Shown: piece by piece, positions 1 to 14,599 of the stretch
How positions within the stretch are numbered: the stretch's first letter is position 1
How the letters are laid out: every line of letters begins with the position of its first letter
Translations under genes and position numbers: made by a program
NCBI RefSeq assembly: GCF_009914755.1
Contig: NC_060937.1
Direction: 5' to 3' (one strand)
DNA from: the human T2T-CHM13v2.0 reference genome, Homo sapiens
Length of the DNA stretch: 64,000 bases
The notes under the pieces: generated by a model
Databases searched by the model: none
What the model was told of the DNA's origin: nothing
Seen by the model: the letters and a program-made list of their open reading frames with translations, nothing else

Positions 1-1119
1 AAATATTAAATGATCAATTAAAGAATATGTTAAATACAAATCAAGATATAAGCCAGGAAATCTATTCTGAAGAATTAATTTATCAATGAATAGTGCACCT
101 ATGCATTTTGAAATGCATAGAAATTAGCTAATTAGCTATTCCCTAACCACTTGCATTAACATGAGTTCGATGATTAACAAACCACTTTGTGTCAGTGCTT
201 TTAGCCTGTACTATTTTAGTCTTCCAAATACATTTGCTAAGTCTAAAACTAAAGTATATTACTAAAGTAACATTAGAGAAGAAAAGGGTTTAAATATCCT
301 TTTTCTAATATTTTAAAAATATTTAATCAAACTGGCTCAATATCTCTATGTACTGCCAACTCTTAACTGCATATAACTGTCAAGAAAGATAAGATTACAT
401 ATCAGATATTGTTGTACTTCTGCCCTGCCTGGTGGTGAGATCTTATCAGGGTGAAGTTCTTCAATTTCTCTCTCTCTTTTCCTCTCTTCTTACTGTAAGA
501 GGGAAATGCATTACAAGGTCTTTAGGCCATAAGCAATGTTTTATCAAAAAATTAAAATATAAAAAAGGAGAAAAATCGTTTCTAGGGATTCTTTTTTTCA
601 GGTTCATCAAACGTCATATCTTTTCTTTAAAACCAAAGCAAAGTAGCCTGAATAATGCATGCTTAAAGACTTTGAGAAGATAGTTTTGTGGTTTTTCAAG
701 GTTGCTGTATATCAAGGATACCCAGTTGAAAGCTCAGCTTTCAGCATAAGCATATTACATCTCATTGTGGACTAAGCAGAATCAGGTGGTACCCCCATCT
801 CACACCTTCACATTATGAAAGTACATCTGGCAATTTATGTTAAATAACTCATTCATTCTGGATCCTTTAGAGGGGTGAGAAGACTTGAAATCAGAGTCAC
901 ATCAAAGTGTTTGCTGAAGAAACACAATGGTACAATCTTTTAGTTTAAATTTTTTATTTTATCAATAGAATCCAGTATCACGAAGAAGTCTAGAGATGTG
1001 GATTTTAAGTATACAAATCCATGCTTCTAAACGCATCCATTTCTTAATTGACAGGAATCAACTTTTTTTGGTTTATTGTGGTGGGGGCTGGGGTACAGTA
1101 TGATGCTGAAAAAAAGAAG

Positions 1120-1280
1120 TAGCTTTTATGTCAGGTTAAAAAGCTTGGAGTTAATCATATGAATCCTGAAAAACCATTAAAATGATTTAAGTGGAGGAAG
1201 CACTGATCAGATTTGGGTGTCAAATCCTTCTGGTGGCATCATAAAGGATGGATTTAATTTGGGTAAAAGAATGAGGCAGG
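1120..1280 (-). mobile_element. L2 LINE fragment (ancient, degraded)
   Basis: aagcttggagttaatcatatg...aaccattaaaatgatttaagtggaggaagcactgatcagatttg resembles antisense L2 body; boundaries approximate. Confidence 0.45.
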
Positions 1281-2032
1281 ATACCCTGAATAAAATGATT
1301 AAGAATAAATTTCCAAAATTATACCTACATATTATAGTATTAATAATATATCACCCTGGATTCAGACATTTTCAAGTTCCACATGTTGCGTTTTAAAACT
1401 TTCTTTATTCCTACTTTCTGAAGGTGTTCCTCCTTCTCTATTCCTGTTGATCTCATACATTTTGTGGGATGTTGTAACTAAAAAAAAAAAATCAATTGTG
1501 TCCTAGGTTTCTCCCTCTACTCCACGTCTTGCTTCCAATAAAATTCAGATATCTTGTCCATTCCCTCTCTTCAATCCATATGCATTTCCTATTCTTATAC
1601 TATTATTCTGTTCTTCTTGGTCTATTGTAATCAAGTCCAAATGTGTAAACCTGTTCCAATCACCTCCAGCTGCTTCAGCTGCTTTCATTCCTGACATTGT
1701 TGCTAAGAATCCACTTTTCTCTCCGTTAACTCACATTTAATTATCTCGTTTCCCTGCATGAAAACTTTGAGACTGTCCTATAAGGTCCATTCTCCATCTG
1801 TCAACAGCATCCTTTCCAGTGGATGCAGTGATTGTGCAATCTGTCTAATTAAATCACACCTCGGCCACTCCCTGAGCATATTGTGATGCTTCTCATGTCA
1901 CCATGCCTTCAACACACATTTTCTTGTAGTTGGCTTACACATTCCTTCCTCTTCGACCTTGTAAAATGATCCTACACAAGGAAACTCAAAAGTCATCTTC
2001 TATTTAAACTTTTCATGTTTTTTTTTCTAGTA

Positions 2033-2536
2033 TGTGGTCCACAGAATAATGGACTCATCATAGTGTCCAATACTTTCCCCTAAACACATAAAAATGCCAA
2101 GTTACGACAAAGGAGAATTAAGATTGCAGATAAAATTAAGGTTGCTAATTAGTTGACCTTGAGATGAGAAGGTTATCCCTGATTATCCCAGGGCAGCCAA
2201 CCTAATGACAAGTGCCCTTATAGGTGGAAAAGGAAGGCAGAAGGGGAGTCAAAGAGAGCACAGCATGAATAAGTCTTGGCCAGATGTTGCTGGCTTTGAA
2301 GATGGAGCAAGGAGACCATGAAGGGAACCATACGGAGGAACCTTTGAAGCTGGAAGTGGCAGAAATTGATTCAAGCCCCCAAAGGCTCCAGAAGGTGCTG
2401 ACACCTTTTTGTTTTGTTTTGATTTAGCCCGGTGATACACATTTCTGACCTCCAGAAATGTAAGATAAATTTGTATGTGTTTTTTAAAACACTAAGTTTG
2501 TGGCAATTCCTTATAAAAAGAATAGGGGACTACTAC
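2033..2536 (+). mobile_element. MaLR solo LTR, MLT1D-like
   Basis: Starts tgtggtccacagaataatgg; contains aattaaggttgctaattagttgaccttgagatg, tgctggctttgaagatgga, ttctgacctccagaa, actaagtttgtggcaatt; ends ggactactac. Confidence 0.8.
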
Positions 2537-2619
2537 CCTGTCAAATTAACATCTGTCCCTCTAAGGTGAGAAAGGCATACAGAAATGATAGTACATGCCT
2601 GTTACTTTTCTCGACGCTT

Positions 2620-2792
2620 TCACTTGTCCCTCATTTCATCTTTGCAACCCAACTAAGTAGATACTATTATCACTTTAAAGATAAGAATATTATTGCTTAG
2701 AAAGCTTTGGTCATTTGTCAACATTAAGAAGGTTAGGTGATAAAGCCAGTGATGAGGAGAATGGGTACCAATCTAAGTTGGTCTGATGCCAC
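2620..2792 (-). mobile_element. MIR SINE
   Basis: tcatttcatctttgcaacc...tagatactattatcactttaaagataagaa...gtctgatgcca, antisense MIR core. Confidence 0.5.
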
Positions 2793-4263
2793 ATATAACA
2801 CGATTTCCTGTTGTGTTATTCCAGGTTTTTTATTTACATTCTCTTATGCACTGATTACAATGACTGGGGCTGAGATAAGTTTACTGACCTGCTTGAGATC
2901 ACACAGCTGGTTGCTCAGAATCCAAACACCATAGCTTTCCCACCATCTCTATTGCCAGTGTGCAGGACCAATCTCTGAAAACCTGACTTGATATCTATGG
3001 CACAGCTGCCTCATTTTGGCAGAACTACATAGGGAAACAGGGAGTGCAGATCTGTTTTACATCATCTTGATGGAAAATGGTTGAAAGAGACACCATTGGC
3101 ATGAATTCCTCATTTCTCCATCATGAAGCAATCCTGGACTTTGAATTATTTTAAAGTCAGGCAGACTCATTTAATGGTTGCCCAAGTTTATTCTCCTAGC
3201 TGTGAAACATTTTAGTGCAGCTGCTAAAATATTTGGGGAATATGCAATTGTGTGTCCTTCCTTTGGGCATAATGTATTACAGATGCATCAGAAGGTCTTG
3301 TCTGTTTTCTCTAGCAATTATTTTTCCATTCTCACTTCCACCTGCATTTTGAAAGGAGGCAGGCGACTATAATAATAAAATATTATTTGTATTTTAAAAA
3401 GGACACAAAGGTGGGATAATTATCTCTCCTACCCCTGTTTTTCTACCAATAACATTCTTCTACTCAACCTTCTCAATACTGTCAGTCAGTGGATTATTCT
3501 TTAGAAACACAAACATTGATAAATCACTACTATTAAATTGGAAACATTTGTGTTAGTTCTAACTACTAAAGAGATATAATAGGTATTATTAGTATTATTA
3601 AAAGGAAAGGGTGAGTAGAGCTTTTAGAACTTTCTTGTGTTTGGGAACACCTAGTCTTAGAGAAATCCTTTCATTTCCAAGAATGAGAGAGAGGCATGTG
3701 GAGAGGAAATTCCATAATCGTTACTGAGTTAAAAGTGCTAAAAAAATGCTACAATGGAAAAATGGAAGCTTAAAACATGTAATTGCACCAGGAATATGCT
3801 CTCTGTATACCAATTTCAGTAGTTACCCTTAGGAGTTTACTGGAAATTTTCCTACACACTGAATAGACAGGTAGATAAAATCAGAATTGATGGACAATGG
3901 CTTCATAAGGCAGCCATGTGCATGATGTAATATGAATTTGAAATTTTGACTACTGCCTGGAAGATAATGTTTGTGATGAATTCTCAAGATGAGAGAAAAT
4001 AAAACTGCAAATAGGAGCTGAGTGGTCTGGTTTATCAATTAAATCCAGTTCAGATTGATATTGAGCCCTGATGGAGAGATGATCACCCTCAATGTCTGAT
4101 GAAAATGTTTACTTGAGATTATTTATGGAACTCTGAGACAAACAGTGTTATTTAAAGGAATAGATAACACAGGGATTCACAGAATTCTGGAGAAGATCAT
4201 TCTTCTCATTTCCATGCAAAGCACAGCACCACTGGGACCCTCCAAGGTTAAAAATTGTTTTTG

Positions 4264-4568
<305 letters not shown>

Positions 4569-5149
4569 TTAGGATCTTGTCAAGCTCATAAAGGACTCCA
4601 AGAGCCCCGACCATCGTGGGCCTCAGCAGTTGCTCTTTAACCTGAAAAGGCTGAAATGGGGAGCAGAACATGAGAGGAAGAGCAAAGAGTGGAAGGAGTG
4701 GCTGTGGCTGAGCCAGGCATTTGGGATCATAAAGAAGAAATTTCTTGGTTACAACTGAAGGGTAGAACTCAGCTTTATAGTAAAAAGTCCAGTTGAACCA
4801 AACTAGCCCTTAGAGAATTCAGTCTGAGAATGCTACGAAAATACTGTAAAATGATATTCAGATTTTATAGTAATTCACATAGATTTACTTTTTCTACAGA
4901 TTATCAGTATTCCATTTCTAAATAACACAGAATAAAGAAAAATTAAAAATACCCCATTAATACATTAGAATTTGTTGTGACTTATTTGTATCTCCATTAA
5001 TAAAACACATGGAAAAGTCTACAGGCATTGACTTTAAATGGGAGTGATTTATCAGTTGCCACAAAATTTATGCAGAGGAATTAACCATGGTGGTGATCAA
5101 CCTGCAATGAGTGTTTGCAGTGTAACAGAACATGACTACATTTGTTATA

Positions 5150-5307
5150 TGTGTTAAGCCTTCTAATCCTCTGTAAGATATATACTGTTACTCTCCCCAA
5201 GTTTTCATATGAAGAAAATGAGACAAGAATAACTAAAGTAACTTGTACATAACCCAATAGCCAGTAAGTCACTAAGCTGGGCTTTTAAACATACCAACCT
5301 AGCTCCA
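5150..5307 (-). mobile_element. MIR SINE
   Basis: taatcctctgtaagatatatactgtta...ttttcatatgaagaaaatgagac...aaagtaacttg...agccagtaagt, antisense MIR core. Confidence 0.6.
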
Positions 5308-7271
5308 CACAGTTACTTATTTTACTTTATTTTCCCACTTCTAAATATTTTTAGCTGATGATAAAAAAATAAAATCCATAAAATGGACAAGAGTAGTCGT
5401 TGACTTTTTATGAATATGCATATGTATGCTATAACTAAAAGTTATATTAAGCTCTGATAATCCCTTTTTAACTTTTTAATTAAAAATGCAGATATTTAAA
5501 AGAAGTGACAAAAGTCGGAAAAAACCTATGTAGTGTTCAGCCAACTTCAATAACTATCAAATCATGGCCAATCCCTACCCACCTCCCACCCCCATATTTT
5601 TCTGAAGAAATTCCCAGACATTTGATTGTATTTGAAGATGTAGTTAATGGGAAGTTTCTACAGACATCCAGGTGTGAGATATCTGGAAGTAAGAATAAAG
5701 TTTGGCAGACACTGTTAAAAAACAAAAGAGAGAGGCAAAGGCTTCCAACAGGATTTGGAAGGCTTGCAGATCAGAGGGCGTATGGCGAAGCCAAAAATAA
5801 CTGTGGCCAAGTGGGTCTAGTGGAGACTCTGTGGGTAGGAGCAACTTGAACTATGTAAAGTTAAGTCACTCAGTGATGAAAACAGAGGTGTTAACGTTTT
5901 TCTAAAAAATGAAAAAGCAACCACTCCTCAAATCAATTTGTGTGTAGATGATCATTAGGCCTCATTTCTCATAAACCACATCTCTTAGCAAGACTGGTTT
6001 TCCCATTGGGGATCTTCAGATTAGCAGACAGCACCATGAGGTGAATGTGCAGAACTATAACTGAATTTCAGCGACTGGAACCCGCTAATGGCTAAGAGCA
6101 TAAAGCGATAGGTGCACACCTTGCATGCAGTGGTAGAAATAAGGTGATAATCATTCTCCCTAAAATTCTCTTTCTGACACTTAGAACTAAAAGAACTTTA
6201 GTGTAATGGAAGGTTTACTTTTACTATTTCTGACACAAATTTGAGTGTTATACAACAGGAAGGGTTTGACACCGTACTTTAAAATGACAAAGGGAAGTGA
6301 GTGGTGAGATCTGCCTGAATGTGATATTCCCCTTGGACTTTACCATCCCGATATCATCAGAAGCTGCCACATGGTGTGAGTTGCAAAATGGAGATTAAGG
6401 TAGAGCAAACATATTTTCACCGCAGGTTAAGAACATAGAGTTCTGGGAATAGAGACCACATATGAACTAAGCCTTGGAAATCTAGTGATCTATTTGGGCA
6501 CCCATAGTTTCCAGCTTCCTGAGTGTTATGGGTGAAAAACAACTGTGTTATTTAGCTATATTCGAACAGATTGAATAACTAATAGGTATACATTTTAGAA
6601 GCTGGGTTTGAAGTATGGACATCGTGTTTAAAGCTAGAATATACTTTAAAAAGTAATGAAAATATAACTGTTTTCCACATAAAATAGATAGTGAAAACAG
6701 AAAAGAAAATTTAATTTGAAATGCTAAGCATTTAAACTATGAATTATAAAGAGGGCTAAAGAGTGAAGTGATGAGGATATTAAAGCACGCTAATACAATA
6801 GAGATATTTATAATGGCAACATAATATGAATCATCACTATGGTATTTTGACAGATTTTCATGTCAAACCAGTTCCAAAATACAATCACCACTTTAAATTC
6901 AATGCTTCTTTTGAATAGAGAAAGGAAGAATACCAATGAGTGGGGAACCAATAGAAAGATTGGATTTTAACTAAGGAAAGTGTTTCTGGGAAATGTTTTA
7001 CAAAATGGTGCATCATTATATCCAAATGCTAACAATAACACTTCATTTTTTTTCAAGAAAAGGAAGCAAAATAAAATAACTTAAAATTTAAAATTATGAA
7101 CAGATTAGATTTACCCGAATGCAGTTTGTGATTGATCACTGATGATGAGGATGACAATGACAACAAGGAGAATTCGGATAATAGAGACAGTGGTGTCCAT
7201 GGTGGTGGAAGCAATCTGAATTGAGGATTGTACAATTTAACACTTTTAGAAATAAATGTGTTGTATTGTAA

Positions 7272-7640
<369 letters not shown>

Positions 7641-9693
7641 TGATTTATTTATTCATTACTAAACTTAATTACATAATTAATAAGCATTAATGAATTAAAT
7701 TTATTTTATTGGTTTAAAAATTAAGGCAATGGTGTCATATGATTGCTTGTATCTAATATTATTAACCTTCTTGAAGAAAATCTTATATTGGCAAAATGAG
7801 CACTAAACTATACAAATATGGCATAGTGAGAATAGATCATCTTGTACTGTTAACTGAAGAATACGTTCTTTATCCATGCTAAGTCTACTAGTGAAAGGTC
7901 TTGGAAATGTAGGCAACACATTGGTTTGTTTCTAGTTGTTATCTCACATGGCCTATATAATCTTTGGGAATTTCCCTGATGCAAAATGCAGTAGTTTATT
8001 TTGAAAGCTACTGCTGGGGCTGAGATAAATGAGTTTTCATATAAATACTAAAAGAGCTCTGAAACTTTTATGTTAACAAGAGGAAACTTATCAATAGCTA
8101 TGTGCATCTACTCCCAAAGCCTAAAGAAGCTGTTATTAGTTGAAGACATGATAGTGTGTTAGAATAAATGATTCTGGTTACAAAAAATAGTTCTAATTTG
8201 AAAATACATCATTGTGTAATAAAGCACATTCACATCAAGATGTAAATTTATCTTAATCTTCTAAAACACATCCAATATTTAGTTTACAGGTAACAAAAGA
8301 AAAGGAAAAGGAATATTTGGTTTGCTGATCATCTCATTACAGTTGTTCCGTTGTGTGTGCTTTGCTGGTTTCCGTGTGAAAATAGTCTAGAATTTGTGCA
8401 TGACTGAAGACTTTTCAGCAGCAGAAATTTCATGCCATAGATATTTTTTATCAAAACTGTTTTACACTTCTTGTTCATATTACAAATAGATGACAAGCAG
8501 CTGAGACCGTATCTACCCACTCCAATGAGCAATAATTTGCAATCAAGCTGTCTCTAAACTTGCTCTTTCTTAGGTTTATAAATAGTATGTTCTGTGAAAG
8601 TATTAGAAGTAAATAATAAAGAAACAAATTTAATTCATTGTGATGGCATCTTCTAAAACATAAGTAATATTGATTTGGGATTTGTGAAGATATTAAGCAG
8701 TAATGAAACTTGAATTCTCCATACTGGGCAGTCTTTTGATTAGCAGAAAAATATGGTCATGACTTTAGAGTTTCTCCCCAAAGCTCTTAATCGTATCATT
8801 TCCACCCTTCATTGTCTCTTATTCTTTAACACTTACACTTAAGGAAAAAAAAAAAAGGGAAAAAGACTTCCAACACAGATGAAATAAAAGTGTGTTCAAG
8901 TTTCAATAGAACAAAGTTCTTCTGGGGCTGAATTTAGTATAAAGCAGATTCACCTCAAAGTCAATTCAAAAAATGGTATTATTGAAAGCACCAGAAAGGC
9001 ATAATTATAGCATTGTCCTGTGGTCTGGACCCTGAGGCCAATTTCAGAGGGAGACTTCACTGAAATATGAAATCAGATGTAAAATGCACCTTTTCAAGGG
9101 CAATTTCATTAATCTTATTGGCACAGAAAAGTTGTTTTTTTTTCAGCTATTATACTGACTTAATCCAATTAGCAAAAGTGACCTTTCTTATTACAATGAA
9201 GATTTCTAATATGAATACTTTATTAAATCAAAGGATAAATGAAAACTATAAGTCCATATCTATTTTGTATATCAAATATGAAAGATAATATGACTATGGT
9301 TTAATAAAATATGTTTTAATATTTAAAAATATTTCTCTTTGATTCTAACATTGCTGGAAGATTAATTAGTTTTATGAGAGGCTGAGTGATGACCGTGTCA
9401 TTAAGCTATTCCTGTAATCATCATAAGGCTGTGTGGGACCTTCTCTGTGAGGAACGCTGTATTTTAGTCTGGATATGATCTTAGCATATCCCCAGTTCCC
9501 TAAAGGAGAGCTGCAGAATTCTATGGCTAATCCCAATCCAGAAAAATATTATGTCACATCACACAGTAATGAACATTATCCAGGAAAAAATTATTAAAAT
9601 GGGGTGTTTTTCATTACTTCAAACAGAAGATTGTAACTTTGCAAGCAAGTCAGTGTATCCGATTTCTCACACCTCTTTACCTTTGACCTCCTG

Positions 9694-9695
<2 letters not shown>

Positions 9696-9736
<41 letters not shown>
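9696..9736. repeat. (TG)20 microsatellite
   Basis: Perfect TG run. Confidence 0.98.
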
Positions 9737-9739
<3 letters not shown>

Positions 9740-11531
9740 GCATCTATACTTTGTCACTGCATGGTTTTCTAAACAATTTCTTTGTAGTATCTAAGAGCAC
9801 TTAGCAGTTTGGCCTTTTTTGTGGCATTTCAGTCTTGCATTGATTATATTTGATTTCAAATAAATGCTGTAGATCAAGGGATAAGTGGGCACAAGAAATC
9901 ACATATATTGAAGTCCTCACAACATTATTATAACCCTCTGTTTTAAATTAGGAAAGGCACCTTCTTAGAATTGGTGTCTACATTGCCACATCTTCCCTTG
10001 CGGTGCCCACTCTTTCTTCAAATTACAATGGCCTGGCCCATGACCAATCCTGCTCAGACACTGTGCAAAGGTGAGGCGTCTTTCTGCTTATGCCTCTGCT
10101 GGCTCCACTTGTTGCAGAAGCACTGGAGCACCTGAAGCATGGGACAGAGGGTACTGTGTGGGCAGAGGAGCCCAAGGCATCCCCATCTTCTTCCTGGACA
10201 GACCCCTTACCTCACTGTTTGATGAAGCAAGAGGAAGCAGCTCTGCTTCCCTACTTCATGTCTAAATGATTTACTGTGTTCAAAGAGCTCTCAGGACGTT
10301 CACAAAAGAGAAGTGGTTCTCCTTCTTTATTTTCACTAAGAGCAAGATAAAACTGCTCCCTAGGTATTAGGTTCATATTGCTTCTACGTGATTTCATGCA
10401 TGGGCTCCCAAACTATAAATTTAACTCACAGAGATACTAAAATATGGAAACAATAAATAGAAAGCTCTTGGTGAATCAATATCAGTATCATGTTTTAATT
10501 TCTCCTATGTGATTCAACACTTGAGGACCCTTTTCATATGGGGTCCATTGCGATACTTTTCCTATAGTAGTCACATAAACACACACTGTTGATGTGTTAT
10601 GCATGATTTATACAAGAAACATATTCATTATGAAACTTCATAATTCCTCAGAAGTAGCAATGTTGGAACTCTACATGCAACCTCTCAAAGCAGTGTTTTT
10701 ATGGTTGTTGTTTTGCTTTGTTAACGTTTTTTTTTTTTTTTTCTTCAGGAATGGGCAGATCTTTTTTGGTGTATTATGTATATAAGCACCTTATTTCATA
10801 CTGGCTTGCATTTATGGCCCACATTACCAAGAAATATCCATCTTTAAAAGTAGAATCCCATTTGGCCCTGTTATCTAGTCACCTGTGAGAGTAAGGCAGT
10901 AACTGAGTGTGACAGAGGACTCACAGAGTCATGCCTGCTGTCATGATGGGTAACCTGGGGACATCCGTGCATCAAGGGAAATGTTTCATTATATTAGCCA
11001 GACTGTTTAAATTGTTATTTTCCTTTCTTTCTCCCTTGTTCTTTCTCTTGCCTTCCATCTTATTCCCATTGTAGCCTGCTCTCTTTATCTAAGAGCATTG
11101 AATCAATTTAAGTGTTTATGTAATGTAATGTAATGCCACCATTCATATATTTGCACATCAAATGTGATTCCTCTTTACTGGGCAGTCTCTATCTATTAGG
11201 TGATAAGTCATAAAAGGCTTCCAAATCACTAGGTATAGATGGTGGTTGGATAAACAATTTTCAAACATTATTTCAAACATAATACTCCAATGTATAAGAT
11301 ATACATAGACCCATTTTCCAGATGAGCAATCAGAGAATACAAGAAATCTTCCAAAATCTGTAAGTGTTAGAGCTAATATACAGATTTAGTTTGGCAGAAA
11401 GAAATATGACTTTGTTTTGTCTTGTTTTGCTTTTTACAATTAATAATAGTTTTTTTTAAAAAAAGAAAAGCTAATCATAACTTACTGACAAATTGTTAAT
11501 TCAAAAGTGATAATGATGGACTAAAAGATAC

Positions 11532-11821
11532 TTTTTATTTTTTTGAGATGGAGTCTTGTTCTGTTGCCCAGGCCGGAGTGTAGCAGTGCAGTCTCTGCTC
11601 ACTGCAACCTCTGCCTCCTGGGTTCAAGCAATTCTGCCTCAGCCTCCCAAGTAGCCGGGATTACAGATACCTGCCACCATGCTCAGTTAATTTTTTGTAT
11701 TTTTAGTAGAGATGGGGCTTCACCATGTTGGCCAGGCTGGTCTCGAACTCCTGACCTCGTGATCTGCTGGCCTCAGCTTCCCAAAGAACTAGGATTACAG
11801 GTGTGAGCCACCGCGCCTGGC
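11532..11821 (-). mobile_element. AluS (Sg-like)
   Basis: Antisense full-length Alu; tggccaggctggtctcgaactcctgacctcgtgatc. Confidence 0.93.
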
Positions 11822-11824
11822 ATA

Positions 11825-12560
11825 AAAATACATTTAATAAGTTCTGACTATATGCCAGACATGTTTTAGATAATATACAGTTAGAAAATAAGCATATATC
11901 TACCTTCATATAATTTAAATTTTCCTAGTGGGAGACAAATAAAACACGTAAGTAAAAACATAATACGTTAGATTGTATAAGTGCTAGGACAAAATAAATA
12001 AAGAAGGGGGGGTGGGTTCTAAGAGTTGGTGTGTGTGTGTAAGTCAAAGAAAAGAAGAAATATGCTATTTCAATGACACCTGTTATTGAGTTGATAAGAC
12101 AATGAACCTTTGTTCATGCAAAGAGGTGAGAAAGGAGCCACCTTTGATTGAGTGCAGGCTGTGTGTTTGTAGAACAGTATAAAGAGACAATGGGTGGGAA
12201 ATTGTGCTCAATTTCAAGAGTGGAAGGAGATGCAATCATAAAGCTATGAAAGGTCATTGTGATGACTTTTATGCTGAATAAGCTGGGAAGCTACTAGAAG
12301 GTTATGAGCGAGGAGTGACACAGTCTTCTTATTTTGAAATAATAACTCTGGGTGCATTGTTGAGAATTGACTATTGGGAACTAAGGGGGAAATCAGGGAA
12401 AAGAAGTAGGATGCTATTTCAATAACACCTGGCAGGAATGATGGTTTCCTGAACTAAAGCAAGGTTGAAGGACCAATGAAACAGAGAAGCCATTAAAGAA
12501 CTATGGGGGCAAATGTTGGAAAGATTGTCTACGTGGAATTCAAAGTCATCCAAATTTATA
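11825..12560 (-). mobile_element. L2 LINE 3' region
   Basis: ctatatgccagac...ctagtgggagacaaataaaac...agtgacacagtc...ataactctgggtgcattgttgagaattgact, antisense L2. Confidence 0.7.
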
Positions 12561-13539
12561 GTAAGAACAATAAAAAAGAATGAGACAATGACCCAGGTAA
12601 TAAAATATTGAAGGGATGGAGGAAAGCAAGCCAAAGACTTGGATAATTGTGACAAGACAGCAAGTAGTAAAGACTTTGAGATCATGAGCTCATGTTGGGA
12701 GCTCCTAGGGAAAATGGAGGTCTCTACCCTTTCCCTCCTTCACTTTTTTGGCTCTGTGACAGGATTTCCTAGACACCCCCAGCTTGTACTTCTCTATTAT
12801 CTTTTCCCAGGAAACTTTTTGTCCAGATGGCCAGTTCTTATAATCTGATATTCTCTTCACCTGAACTTTATTTTCCATTCATTTTTCTTTCTATTTGGAG
12901 ACATTTCTACTTCATATCCTCTCTATTTCCTGCAATTTCACTTTCTCTGGTTTCTATTAAAGGGATATGTGTCTCTCCCCAAAATGTCTTCTTTTGGTGT
13001 TTGCTTTTTCTGAGCTTCTTTCTCCCCCATATATTATATTTATTTCCATTGTGATCAACATGCTTTTTTTTCCCTCTGCACAAGCCGTGCTTTCTGCAAA
13101 AAGACCTGCCCTTGGTTTCTTAATTATTTATTCAGGTAATAACAAGTTAAAGTACGCACGTGAGGAATAAATTGCTACTGCTGCTATATTAAAAAGGAGA
13201 TATGTAATTTAGGTTTCTTTGACTATTTTTCCCCAAGACCCTGTCCTTCTTCATTGTCTCAAATAGCACTACTTATATTACAAATCCAGTCAAATCTCAA
13301 TCAAGTTCATTCCAGGTAGCCTGAATAATCTTACTTTTTTTTTTTCATGCTTTCCTCTACCTTGACTTTTTCCATTACTCTTAGAAAAGATGTGTCATAA
13401 ACACTTATATTTTCATTTAAAATAAAAATTATAAATTTGAGTCAACTATGGTAATTTGCATTATGGTAAATATAAAATGAATTTTGTTTTATGAGGATAG
13501 TACATCACAGAAAATGAAAGGTAACCAAACAATTCTTAT

Positions 13540-13615
13540 TTTCTAGCTTGTTTTGTAATTCGGGGCAAATATCTTCATATCTCTAGGACTCAGTGTCTGC
13601 ATGTATCAAATGTGT
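13540..13615 (+). mobile_element. MIR fragment
   Basis: ggggcaaatatcttcatatctctaggactcagtgtctgcatgtatcaaatg matches MIR core. Confidence 0.5.
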
Positions 13616-14083
13616 TGGCAAAATGTGTCTCCTTTCCCCAGGCTTCCACGTGGCACAGTGAGGACGGAGGGCTGCTGATCACCTCCTAACAGGAGAAGGT
13701 CAGGGCATGCTGGGCCCCGCTCACCACCTGTGTACTGGCTGTGCCTCAAAAGATGGGGAGCAGCTTAGCCAGCCACAGACAGCCTGGCATCCAGCATATC
13801 TCATTTGCCAGCACCTTGATAGGAGCACCAGGTCCATACTTCATCTTCTTCCTGTGTCCAGGCAGAGATGGTGATCCCCATTCCTGAGTTTATTCCACTC
13901 CCTCCTTCCACTCTGCAAGTCTCATGCACCCTCCCAGGCAGGCCCTCCTCCTGGCCCATGGGGATTAGAGGTAGGACCTTGTGTAGAAAATTCAAGTTTT
14001 TTTTTTTTCTGCTGACTCTGCTCTTTCCACAGATAGGTTTGCAAGTTCTAGATTCAGGGTGCAAGTAGAAAGTGCCTCTCTGG

Positions 14084-14302
14084 GGCCAGGCACAGTGGCT
14101 CACACCTGTAATCCCAGCACTTTGCGGTCAGGGGTTCGAGACCAGCCTGGCTAATATGGTGAAACCCTATCTCTACTAAAAATACAAAAATTAGCCTTCT
14201 GTGGTGGCGGGTGCCTGTAATCCCAGCTACTTGGGAGGCTGAAGCAGGATAATCGCTTGAACGTGGGAGATGGAAGTTGTAGTGAGCCAAGACTGCACCA
14301 TT
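14084..14302 (+). mobile_element. AluS, internally deleted and 3'-truncated
   Basis: ggccaggcacagtggctcac start; cactttg joined almost directly to ggtcagg (about 26 bp missing); stops at gcaccatt with no poly(A). Confidence 0.9.
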
Positions 14303-14599
14303 TACTGATTTTCTTGGTAACAGAGTCCTGATACTGAGGCAGAGTATTAGCTCCTCATCTGGCCGCTGGGAAAGCTGATATTTTGGAAACAATTTAGTCT
14401 GCGATGCTTCAGTGTACAATAGGAGGCCAAAGGCCAAAGTAGATAGATCAATTCAAAGGGCACTGTATTATAGCACTTAGGTTCTATCTCAGGTTTATAC
14501 CAAGGAGGGGCTTGGCCTGTGTGGCTTGGAAGCTTGCATTGTAGATCTAATCAAGAACTACAAGCTGTCCTGCCCAATTTTTGTTTCATTTCACTTTTT

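Noticed and set aside
4090-4140. TGATGA...CTGA flanked by gtc/gac, resembling a C/D-box snoRNA
   Set aside because: Boxes only about 30 nt apart, too short, no recognisable guide
6363-6378. ctgccacatggtgt CTCF-like motif
   Set aside because: Mismatches at core positions; expected by chance
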